Assembly: GCA_051313645.2 (NCBI GenBank) | Contig: JBNRSN020000024.1 | Location: 63,860,001-63,924,000 of the forward strand | DNA: 64,000 nt | Direction of reading: 5' to 3' | DNA from: Centroscyllium fabricii | Lineage: Eukaryota | Shown: positions 10,856 to 22,260 of the stretch, piece after piece | Position numbering within the stretch: the stretch's first letter is position 1 | How the letters are laid out: each line of letters begins with the position of its first letter | Position numbers and translations under genes: made by a program | Notes under the pieces: model-generated | Database searches by the model: none | The model's input: the letters and a program-made list of their open reading frames with translations, nothing else | What the model was told of the DNA's origin: nothing

Positions 10856-11773
10856 TTCTTTATCATCGGTGATAGTCACTGGACTGAGAGGTTTAGAAAT
10901 GTTAAACCAAGCCAGGTCCCATTGCTCTTTCTTACACGAACTGAATATTAGATCAATCAATCTGCCTAACCGCACTTGAAATTCTGATGTCAAGGTTCAA
11001 ATCCCAGTGGACTTGATAATGAGTTACTGACGTCTGCTGGCCACAAGCTTCCTCAATACTCTGCCAGGCCTTAAATGGCAAACGATTCCCAAATGGGGAG
11101 CAGTTGGCTTCTGTCGCCGCCCCTTCCATTCTGCTACCATCTGCTTATATATAAAAGAGACCCTCGTGTCAATTGAATCGCATTGTTAGAAAGTGCAAGA
11201 GTCTGTTCTCTTGGACATATTTACACTTCTGGAGTGCAGCTGACTGCAGACGTACAATTCTTCCTCCATAGTGCAAATCAGCCTACCTGGAGTAAACCAA
11301 CAGCAGTGTAAACACACGAACATGTGGATCTGCAAAGGTACCATTGGGTTAGCTGCCCAAAAAGGGAGTGATTAAAAAAAGAAAACGTCACATAGAGGTT
11401 GTTCTTCTGAAGTGGATCAAAGGTCGTGTAAAATATAAATTATGAACAGCTTGTGCGTTAAATTTTTTTTTTTTAAAGCAACACTTATTTGCATGCAACG
11501 CTATCTTCAAGAATGCATGCAACCTGAAGAATTTACTGCCTGCAAACTAAAAATTGTTCTTTGCAGACAAAATGCCTGCTGCTATAAATTTGATTGTGGG
11601 AATGCAGCAAAAAAATTGCAAGATACTAACAGCTGCACTGGCACAACATTGACAGCAAGTCACATGTCTAGTGGCCAGCTATAAATGTTTGGGGAAGTCT
11701 ACAAAGCAGGAAGGGGAAAAATCAGATATAGGATTCAAATAAAATTTTTACAAAAATTTCTATTTTGCAGATA

Positions 11774-14700
11774 CAGGAAACTCTTTGGTTTCCGGCACCG
11801 ACGGGTCTGGCGTGTTGCCGGTTGATCAAAAATTCCAGATGATAGAGAGGGTTCTCTACCGAGGCTATTTTTGATAAAGAAAAATTTAAAATCAAGAAAT
11901 GTGCAGTATACAGTAATTGGGTACTCACCTACAGAATGTTGTGTTAAATGGATGGTGGTAGATGCTTGATTAAGTACAGTACTGCCAGTTGAGGTTAATG
12001 CAATGCAATGTCTACCAGCAGCGTGGGAGACACAGTGTATTGTTTTCTATGTGCGTTCAACTACGACACATTAATGAAGGAGAATGTTTTTTAATGCAAC
12101 GAGGAAAAGGGGGGAGAACCAAGGACACAGGGAAGGGAAAGGGGTCTGAAATGCGCCTACTTCAATGCAAGAAGTATAAGGAACAAGGCAGGGGAGTTAG
12201 GGGCATGGATGGCGGCATGGGACTACGATGTGGTGGCCATTACAGAGACATGGCTGGAGCAGGGACAGGACTGGATGCTTGGGGTCCCGGGATACAGAAG
12301 CTTCTGGAGGAGCAGGGAGGGAGGAAAGCGCGGGGGGGGGAGTAGCACTGCTGGTCAAGGACAACGTGACGGCTACAGAAAAAAACTTTGAGGGGGACAC
12401 ACGAACGGAGGTAGTATGGGCGGAGCTTAGGAATAGGAAGGGGGCGGTAACGTTAGTGGGAGTCTTCTATAGACCACCAAATAGTAGCAGGGAGGTGGAG
12501 GAGGAAATTGCGCGACAAATAAAGGAAAGATGTGGGGGACAGAGGGTAGTTATAATGGGAGATTTCAATTTCCCTAATATAGACTGGAATCTAGGTAGGT
12601 CAAGGAGTGCAGAGGGTGAGATTTTCCTACAATGCATACAGGAAGGTTTCCTGACACAATACGTGGAGGAACCAACAAGGGGGAAGGCAACGTTGGACCT
12701 GGTTCTGGGAAATGAACCAGGCCAAGTGGTAGAACTGGGGGTAAGGGAGCACTTTGGGGACAGTGACCACAATTCGGTGACGTTCACAATAGTAATGGAG
12801 AAGGGTAGGAGCAGGAGGCAGGGTAAGGTATACAGCTGGGGGAGGGGAAATTACGCCAGGGTTAGGCACAATTTAGCTAACACCAATTGGGAACGGGAAC
12901 TTGCGGGGAGAGGAACGGAAGAAAAATGGAGAGTGTTCAGGGAGAAAATTTTGAAAGCCCTGGATAAGCATGTCCCGAGTAGGATGGGAAAAAAGGGTAA
13001 GATGAGAGAACCATGGATCACGAAAGAGGTAGAACAATTAGTAAAAAAGAAGAAGGAAGCATATGATAAAATGAGAAAACAGAGTACAGAAGGGGCGGGA
13101 AGGGAGTACAAAGAAGCAAGGAAAAATCTGAAAAATGGGCTAAGGAAGGCAAAGGGAGGGCACGAGAAGGCATTAGCGAGAAGGATAAAGGAGAACCCTA
13201 AGGCTTTCTATGCGTACGTAAGAAACAAAAGGATGACTAGGGTAAGAGTAGGGCCGATCAAAGACAGCAAGGGAGAAACGTGCACGGAGCCAGAGGAAAT
13301 TGGGGAAGCACTAAACGAATATTTTGCATCCGTGTTCACAAGGGAGAGGGAACAAAAAGTAGAGGGGGAGTTCAAGATACAAGAGGAAACGATGGGGGAA
13401 GTAAATATCCAGAGGGGGGAGGTATTAGATATTTTGGAGAAACTAAAGGTAGACAAATCTCCTGGGCCAGACGGGATATATCCAAGGATTCTCTGGGAGG
13501 CGAGGAACGAAATCGCAGAGCCACTGACCTCTATCTTTAGATCATCGCTATCCTCGGGGATAGTCCCTGAGGACTGGAGAGAGGCGAATGTGGCTCCCAT
13601 ATTTAAAAAGGGGAAAAGGGACGTGCCAGGGAACTACAGACCAGTCAGCCTCACCTCAGTGGTTGGAAAGATGATGGAAAGGGTCCTGAGGGACAAGATC
13701 TACGACCATCTAGAAAGGGGCAAATTAATCAGAAGCAGTCAGCACGGTTTTGTTAAGGGTAAATCGTGTCTGACCAACCTGATAGAATTCTTTGAAGAGT
13801 GTGGACGAGGGAAAGGCGGTTGATGTCATATATATGGACTTCAGCAAGGCGTTTGACAAGGTCCCGCACGGTCGGCTCATGAAGAAAGTAAGGAGTTGCA
13901 GGGTAAGCAACAAAGTGGTGGGATGGATTGAGAACTGGCTGGCTCAGAGGAAGCAGAGGGTAGTGGTAGAAGGCCAATACTCGAGCTGGAGACCGGTCAC
14001 CAGCGGGGTACCACAGGGGTCGGTGTTGGGGCCACTACTGTTTGTAATCTTCATCAATGACTTGGAGGAGGGGGCTGAGGGGTGGGTCAGCAAATTTGCA
14101 GATGACACAAAGATTGGGGGAGTAGTGGATGAGGAGGAAGGGAGTAGAACGATTCAGAGGGATATAGACAGGATGCAGAGCTGGGCTGAAGAATGGCAAA
14201 TGGAGTTCAACACGGGGAAATGCGAGGTGATGCACTTCGGCAGGGCAAATAGGAAGAGGGAATATAGGGTCAACGGCAGGATCCTGAGTGAAGCAGAGGA
14301 GCAAAGGGATCTGGGAGTATATGTACACAGATCACTGAAGGCTGCCACCCAGGTGGACAAAGCAGTAAAAAAGGCCTATGGTGTATTGGCCTTCATCAAC
14401 AGGGGAATAGAGTTTAAGAACCGGGAGGTCATGCTGCAGTTGTACAGGTCACTGGTGAGACCACATGTGGAGTACTGTGTGCAGTTCTGGGCACCGTACT
14501 ACAGGAGGGATGTGGAGGCACTGGAAAGAGTGCAGAGGAGATTCACCAGGATGCTGCCGGGAATGGGGGGAAAGTCATACGAGGAACGGTTAAGGGAACT
14601 GGGACTCTTCTCCCTGGAACGAAGAAGGAAGAGGGGGGACCTGATAGAGATGTATAAAATGATGAAGGGGATCGACAGAGTAAATGTGCAAAGACTGTTT

Positions 14701-15453
14701 CCCCGGGCGGGAAGAACGACAACAAGAGGACACGAGCACAAGATTCAAGGAGGAAGATTCAGACGGGATGGCAGGGGCAAGTTCTTCACACAAAGAGTGG
14801 TCGGGGAATGGAATAGGCTACCATCTGAAATAGTGGATGCGGACAGTCTGGGTGCTTTTAAAAGGATGATAGACAGGTACATGGAAGGGAAGGAACAGTA
14901 GGGGGGACAGGAAAAATCAGAGACGGAATAAGGGTGGCACTACATTGAGGGCCCAAGAGCCTGTACAGTGCTGTATGTTCTATGTTCTATGTTCTATGTA
15001 TGTTCAAGTAACTTACTGATTTACATGAGGCTTACAGAGAGACTCCATCTTGGAGATCAATCCTATATTGCAACTCAGCTAACTTGCTTCTTGTCACATG
15101 CCCTCTGCTGGTAAGGCATAGATAATCAAACAGGCAAATATGATCACCATTTGCTGATATCATTACACACAGTACCCCTGTAAAATGGCAGATCAGAAGA
15201 GACTACCAATGGGGCAGGAGAGTCAGGCCTCTGTTACAGGGGTATTGAGGTGTTCCGACTTCCGACTTCCGACAGCGCCAAGAAGCTGAGTAGTGGCAGT
15301 TTGGAGAACTACCCCCACTGACTACCCGGCCATCGCAGGAGACTCGGACTCGGCAACATTGCCGGTTATTGAGGTGTTGTTTTCGGAGTGAGAATTTTGC
15401 CGGTTAATAGAGAATTCCAGACATTTAGGTGCTGTTTAAACAAGAGTTTCCTG
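11774..15453. mobile_element. Tc1/pogo(Tigger)-like non-autonomous element split by a CR1 insertion
   Basis: Terminal inverted repeats TA|CAGGAAACTCTT at 11774 and AAGAGTTTCCTG|TA at 15453, each flanked by TA. Confidence 0.6.
12097..14998 (+). mobile_element. CR1 LINE with near-complete ORF2 (APE endonuclease + RT) and two frameshifts
   Basis: ORFs 12209-12391, 12228-13823 and 13792-14901 contain ITETWL, MGDFN, SDH, GVPQGSVLGP and FADD. The tail is (ATGTTCT)n. Confidence 0.96.
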
Positions 15454-15569
15454 TAGTTGGAATCTTTCTTCAGATTTTACATGTTTTGCATCTAATTTTA
15501 ACAGCGACTGATGAATAGCTTTCATGTCAAATAGTCAAGGGTATTGAAATTGGTTAAGTTGACATGCTC

Positions 15570-15870
15570 CCCACATTGGTCTAGTGGGTTAAAGCACTGC
15601 CTGCTGTAACACTATGGGATACAGATCAGGATATCCCAGGATAGATTCACTGAGTCAGCAGGTCTCAGCACCCCTGGGATAAAGAGAGGGACAGCATTCT
15701 CACTGCTAATTGCTATCCAGGAAATCCTGCAGGAGAGTCAGACGGGTGTAGGTTTGGTCTCAGCTGTAATGCCCTCTATGGTGAAATAATCACATATCGA
15801 TGACTGGACAGGTAAAGTACAAGAGGGCCGCTGCCAAGTATGAGTCAGCACCTACAGGGGAGGAACGTAC
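15570..15870 (+). mobile_element. Old tRNA-SINE-like remnant
   Basis: A-box-like TGGTCTAGTGG, with patchy similarity to 54420-54640. Confidence 0.3.
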
Positions 15871-15944
15871 AGAAGATTGGGGCGAGTGGATGATAAAATA
15901 AAAAGAAAGTCACACTATTTTTTGTCACTGCGTGAAGGCCTTAC

Positions 15945-16008
15945 CTTCAAATGTTTCAAAAAGGTAATCAGCAAAAGCCTCCGAAAAGGAAACCAGAACA
16001 CTTTGAGC
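15945..16008 (-). CDS. EFCAB5: EFCAB5 coding exon (AQSVLVSFSEAFADYLFETFE)
   Basis: Boundaries TTGTAG|GCT..GAAG|GTAAGG. The phase-0 start fits the preceding exon. The peptide resembles my recollection of the EFCAB5 segment that follows the QF-EW motif. Confidence 0.7.
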
Positions 16009-16185
16009 CTACAATGGAAGCACACACGTTTGTAATTATTTATGGAGTTCTTACCAACAACCATATCACATTTGTCTCTGTCGAAAACACCTGAATAATG
16101 AAGCAGTGTTTAAAACTAAAATAAAGGGATCGATTTTTGCTCATGGGTAGGAACACAGCTGAGCGAGAGAGCGAGCGAGCAGACA

Positions 16186-16400
16186 CAGAAACACAGAAGA
16201 TAGAAGCAGGAGTAGGCCGTTCGGCCCTTCGAGCCTGCTCCGCCATTTTGATGCGATCATGGCTGATCATCCAAACCCAGCACCCCCCCCTCCTACCCTC
16301 TCCCCATATCCCCCGACACCCCCGACTCCAAGAACGATATCTCACACACATACTCATGGGCAATTATTAATATCTCCAATTCACCTAACCTGCATGTCTT
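16186..16400 (-). mobile_element. 5'-truncated V-SINE variant with CR1 tail
   Basis: Nearly identical to 53796-54010. Confidence 0.85.
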
Positions 16401-16653
16401 ACGGCACGTATAGAAGCAGCAGCAGGGTGGCTTGGCTGATTTTAAGGGCCTGGCCTCATTAAAATGCCGCTTGCCGACTTTCTGACCAGACTAGCTGCTT
16501 CGGCATTACAATCGGGCAGATTGGAGGCTGCCTGCAGGGACCCATGGAAACGCTACCCAGCACGAGGTAAGTGGACCGGAGGGGCACGGCAGGGGAATCG
16601 TGTTTGCGGGAGAGTTGGGGGAAAGCCCAAAGCAGGGGGCAGCCCAAGGTTTC

Positions 16654-18138
16654 TGACGTATCTGTAAGGGAATGGTAATGGATCTGGTGAGCGGGGCCCA
16701 AATGCAGAAACACTGAGAAACCGTCTTGATACAAAACCCCTTTAATCTAACAAAACATGTTTTGAATAAGACATAATTCTAGACACAAGTCTTTGGCTAA
16801 AGACAGGCACTTACTTTAGCGTTATTATGAAAACCCTAGAGGCAGAATATTAACAAGTCCTCCTCCGAACCAGACAGGCTTTCTACTGGGCGTGGAACCC
16901 TTTAAACCGACCACAACCCCAGAGAGGATCAAGCCTTAGTGGAACATGTTATCATGACCACTTCCATCAGAGAGGAACAAGTTCTACGCAGCCAAGTAAT
17001 AGAGTAGCTAACATACAACAGGGTCTAATAACAACAGATAATGAACAGTCCAATTATGAAGGTAGAATGCAATGATGTCCAGCTCCTCTGTTCCACCACA
17101 GAGACTTAACCCCATGGTAACAAACAGGAAAGAGAATTCCTGATCTTCCTAACAGATGTCCAAACCTCGGTTCGGGTGAATTAAGCCAATGTCCAAGGAG
17201 TAGAAATGAGTCCGTCCTACTTCTTCTGCTCCACCACGGAGACTTAACCCCATGGCATCAGGCAGTAGCGCACCAGATCCACTGGCCCAACAGATGAGTG
17301 TCCATGTCTGAGTCCCAGATAGCAGGGTACTATGTCAAGACGGAGTGATGTGGGCTCGGTCCCATAGTCCCTCTTAAGTCCACTCAGAGAAGCAGAGCAA
17401 TCCCTTCTGCTTCTTTTCTATCCAGTGAAGTGTGATATAGTAGAAACTCCTGCAATGATCCCACAACCTGTCTGGTCAAACCATGAGCTAATAAACCCAA
17501 ACCAGCCTAATCAGATGATTGATGTTGACCAATCAGGGTGCAGGCAAATACAAACAGAAAACACCTGGTTGTGAACAACCCAATTGATACACTAACCCAC
17601 ACATAGAACAACACTTAGAACCAAAATGGGAACCCAAACCATGGGCTAATAAACCCAAACCAGCCTAATCAGATGATTGATGTTGACCAATCAGGGTGCA
17701 GGCATATACAAACAGAAAACACCTGGTTGTGAACAACCCAATTGATACACTTAACCCACATAGAACAACACTTAGAACCAAAATGGGAACATTAAAGGGA
17801 TATGCCCAAATAAAACATGGATGCCTTTAAAGGGGCATGCCAAACTGTGACAGTATCGTCTATCAAAACACGAAAGACGAGTAGTTACCCAAACTACAGG
17901 CTTTTATTCACTTATAATGGAGCTAGTCTCCTGTCGAGTTCAAGGCGAGAATGAGCGGGGGCAGGGCGGCCCTCACCTATAACCTCCCACCTGAGGGGAG
18001 GAGTTAGAGGTGTGGCTGACCTGGCCTTGCACACAATGTACAGAGTTGGAGGTGGATACATCCATATATATACACACAATGTACAGAGCTGCCGGTGAAC
18101 ACATTCATATATACACACTGGTAATTACGGTTACCACA
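16654..18138 (-). mobile_element. Solo LTR (about 290 bp net) hosting a second LTR
   Basis: Minus-strand termini TGTGGTAA..GTCA with a TSD GTTTC (16649-16653 and 18139-18143). TATA and AATAAA signals are present. Similar to 27443-27720 and 38800-39065. Confidence 0.85.
16663..17852 (-). mobile_element. Long solo LTR (1190 bp) nested in the shorter LTR
   Basis: TG..CA termini with a TSD GTATC (16658-16662 and 17853-17857). It contains an internal 158-bp tandem duplication. The strand is inferred. Confidence 0.8.
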
Positions 18139-18366
18139 GTTTCCTTGTGTGGCCCGGAGGAGCACTCCTGCGCTTCTTGGCCCATTTAAGAAATTTCAAA
18201 TACATTTTTTAAAAGTTACCTCAACAGTCCTTTCTGCAGCTCTCGACAGCCTTGGTCTGCTGGGGGCTCCGAGCCATCACTGCTCTCCTTGCTCAGGCCT
18301 CAGGTAAAAATGACATTCGGGCCCCGATGACGTAATTGGAGGCTCATCTGCATATTTAAAGAAGGA

Positions 18367-18622
18367 ATAACAACAGAAAATGCCGGAAAAACTCAGCAGG
18401 CCGGGCCGCATCCATGGAGAGAGAAACAGAGTCAACGTTTCGGGTTCTGGACCCTTCCTCGGAACCGGAATAAATTGAGTTTCTTCCAGTTCCGTTGAAG
18501 GGTCCAGAACCCGAAACGTTGACTCAGTTTCTCTCTCCACGGATGCGGCCCTGGCCTGCTGAGTTTTTCCAGCATTTTCTGTGGTTATTTCAGATTTCCA
18601 GCATCCGCTGTGTTTTGCCATT
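18367..18622. mobile_element. Second Penelope-like family terminus in inverted arrangement, with degenerate hammerhead
   Basis: Inverted arms of about 100 bp (about 18369-18468 and 18489-18587) contain GAAGGGTCC..ACCCGAAACGTT. The 15-bp TSD is ATATTTAAAG(A/G)AGGA. Related tails occur at about 2605-2645 and 46305-46400. Confidence 0.7.
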
Positions 18623-18940
18623 ATATTTAAAGGAGGACTTCGCCAGTTTCCGACACATGCCTTTGCCGGCGGCAATTTAAAGCCGGCCAATCCATTTTAA
18701 CCGCCAGCTCTTTCTCATTAGCATGTTGCTTGTTGACTTCCCGACTCAAATGGCTGGGAAGCAGCTGGCCCGACCGTCAAAATCGGGTGTCTCAGAGGCC
18801 ACTGCTGGGGACCCGAGGGAATTGATTCCAAAGTGTTTCGTCCTCCAGCTCAAACTTGCCTTCATTTCAACAATGTTCTTTGAGAAGCAGATAGTTTGTG
18901 CTTTACAATCAAGTGTGTTCTATAATGAACATCTGATAAC

Positions 18941-21745
18941 ATCTGACTCATGGGAATATGATATAGTAGCTATCACGGAGACGTGGCTGAAGGAGGGGCA
19001 GGAATGGCAGCTAAATATTCCGGGGTATAGAAGTTTCAGGCGGGACAGAGACGAGGGAAAAAGGGGAGGGGGGGTAGCGATACTGATTAAGGATTCAATC
19101 ACAGCCATCAGGCGGGTCGACCTAATGGATGATTCCTCAAACGAGGCACTATGGGTGGAGGTAAAAAATAAAAAGGGGGGGGGCACCTTACTGGGAGTAT
19201 ACTATAGACCACCAAACAGTAAAGGGGAGATGGAGGATAAGATATGTGAGCAAATCACGAAGATAAGCGAAAAAAACAAAGTAATAATATTAGGGGACTT
19301 TAATTTCCCCAACATCAACTGGGATTGTCAGAGTGTGAGGGGCACGGAAGGTTCAGCATTCTTAAAATGCAGCCAAGAGAGTTTTTTGAAGCAATATGTA
19401 GGGTCACCTACAAGGGGGGGGGGCGGTACTAGACCTAATACTTGGGAACGAAGACGGGCAGATAGAGGAGGTAACAGTGGGGGAGCACTTCGGGGATAGC
19501 GACCACAATTCAGTTAGTTTCAAGATTGTAATGGAGAAGGATAAAAATGGACCAGGGGTAAAAGTACTAAACTGGGGGAAGGCGGATTTCAATAAAATTA
19601 GGCGCGATGTAGCCGCAGTGGATTGGGGCCATCTTCTCAGAGGAAGATCTGCATCAGAGCAGTGGGAGGCCTTCAGAGGGAAGGTCGGGAAGATACAGGA
19701 GGAACATGTTCCTGCAAAAATTAAGGGCGGGGGAGGTAAACAAAAGGAACCTTGGATGTCTAGAGATATATGTAAATTAATGAAGAAAAAAAGGGGGGCT
19801 TTCAATGAATATAAACGGCTAAAAACTGAGGAGGCACTAGGGGAGTATAAGAAGGATAGGGGGGAATTAAAGAAGGAGATAAGAAAAGCCAGGAGGGGTC
19901 ATGAGATTGCAATGGCCGGCAAAATCAAGGATAACCCTAAGGCATTTTACAGTTATATAAAAAACAAAAGGATCACGAGGGAAAGGGTGGGGCCCATTAA
20001 GGACGATAGCGGAAAGTTGTGCGTCGAGCCCGAGGCGGTGGGGGAGGTACTAAATGAATTTTTCTCTTCAGTATTCACAAGAGAGAGGGACGTAACCGAC
20101 ATCGTAATCGGACAGAGTGCAGGGGGGGTAATTGAGGATAGTACCATTACAGGGGAAGAAGTACTAGAAATCTTGGGAAGCTTAAAGGTAGACAAATCAC
20201 CAGGGCCGGACGCGATGTTCCCCAGGCTGCTGTTCGAGGCCAGGGAAGAGCTTGCGGGCCCCCTGTCTCAAATTTTCAGGTCCTCTCTCGCGTCAGGGGA
20301 TGTACCTGAGGACTGGAGAACGGCTAATGTAGTACCCCTGTTTAAAAAGGGTAGTAGGGACAAACCGGGTAACTACAGGCCAATCAGTCTTACATCTGTA
20401 GTGGGGAAAGTAATGGAAAAAATTCTGAGGGACAAAATCAGTTTGCATTTGGAAAAGCAGGGTTTGATAAGGGATAGTCAGCATGGCTTCGTCAAAGGTA
20501 AGTCGTGCCTAACTAATCTGTTGGAATTCTTTGAAGAGGTAACAAAGAGGGTGGATGAAGGGAGTACTGTTGACGTGGTGTATATGGACTTTAGCAAGGC
20601 TTTTGATAAAGTCCCACATAGGAGACTAATAACAAAGGTTAAAGCACATGGGATACAGGGCAACTTGGCACAGTGGATTCAAAATTGGCTGGGGGATAGG
20701 AGACAAAGGGTAATGGTAGAGGGCTGCTTCTGTGACTGGAAACCAGTAACCAGTGGTGTCCCCCAAGGATCGGTTTTGGGACCCTTACTGTTTCTAGTAT
20801 ACATCAATGATTTGGACATGGGAGTAGGGGGTACGATCAGCAAATTTGCTGATGATACGAAAATTGGAAGGGTGGTAAATAACGATGAAGATAGTAAAAG
20901 GCTTCAGGAAGATATAAATGTAATGGTTAGTTGGGCAGAAAAATGGCAAATGGAGTTCAACCCAGAGAAATGCGAGGTCATACAATTCGGCAGACCAAAT
21001 GGGGTAAGGGAATATACCATGAACAAAAAAACGTTAGGTAGGACCGAGGAACAGAGGGACCTTGGGGTACAGGTGCACAGCTCCCTGAAGGTTGCTGGAC
21101 ACGTAAACAAGGTGGTTAAGAAGGCATACGGAATTCTGGCCTTTATTAACCAGGGCATAGTATACAAAAGTAGGGAGGTAATGTTAAACTTGTATAACAC
21201 GCTGGTGAGACCTCAGCTAGAGTACTGTGTGCAATTCTGGTCACCGCACTTCAGGAAGGATGTGGTTGCCCTGGAGAGGGTGCAGAGAAGGTTTACCAGG
21301 ATGATACCTGGTCTGGGGGACTTATGCTACGAGGAAAGGCTGGACAGGCTGGGGTTGTTTGCCTTGGAGAAGAGAAGATTGAGGGGTGACATGATTGAGG
21401 TGTACAGGATCATGAGAGGACACGATAGGGTGGATAAAGGGGCATTGTTTCCCTTGGTGGGAGAGTCAAATACTAGGGGACATAGATTCAAGATTAGGGG
21501 GTGGAGGTTTAGGGGGGAGGTAAGGAAAAATGTCTTTACTCAGAGGGTGGTGGAAGTGTGGAACTCCCTGCCTGTAAGGGTGGTGGAGGCAGAAACCATC
21601 GCAACATTAAAAAAATATTTGGACCAGCACATGAAGGACCGTAACATACAGGGTTATGGGCTAGGTGCGGGCAAATGGGGTTAGTATAGTGAGGAGTTTC
21701 CTGGGCCGGTGCGGACTGTAAAGTTTCTATGATTCTATGATTCTA
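18941..21745 (+). mobile_element. Young CR1 LINE; ORF2 is open except for one frameshift in a G run
   Basis: ORFs 18723-19499 and 19477-21684 encode APE and RT (FADD). The tail is (ATTCTATG)n and the candidate TSD is TGATAAC (18934-18940 and 21746-21752). Confidence 0.96.
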
Positions 21746-22260
21746 TGATAACCTATGCACATAACCAGGAATCATTTCCCAATTTCTTCATCTGTTCGTT
21801 AGTTTGAACAAACTCGCATGCTCAATCCTTATACAGCGTACAAACATTTCTAAATCTGTAAAACTGAATGCAAAGAAAAAATATTGGGGCTATCTTGCTG
21901 AGTTTCTTTCTATATTTACAGCTAGTAAGTTATTTTTGTTTCAGTCCTTTTTATCAGAGTTATGAAGGAGCAGAATGAGCCTTTGGAGTTTGGGCTCTAG
22001 TGCTTCCTCCTGCTGATTTGACATAAATCAAAAAATAGCAGGTCTGTCAGACAATCAGAGCGACTTGTCTGTTTTTCTCTTGTTCCACTTTTTAAAAAAC
22101 CGCTTGGTAAAATGAGTAGAGTCACCAGTATGTGCTTTTTAATAGACAAACAATTCTGGGAAATTACGAAATTTTAATAACCTTTTGTTTAAATCTTTCA
22201 CTCCAGATTTTTTTTTTAATATCTCTGTTTAAACAGTGAGGGCTGATACCATAAAATAAT

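Noticed and set aside
11287-11329. Possible next EFCAB5 exon (TTGCAG|..CCAG|GTAGGC, minus strand)
   Set aside because: The splice signals are plausible, but the peptide shows no resemblance I can recognise. The next exon probably lies left of the window.
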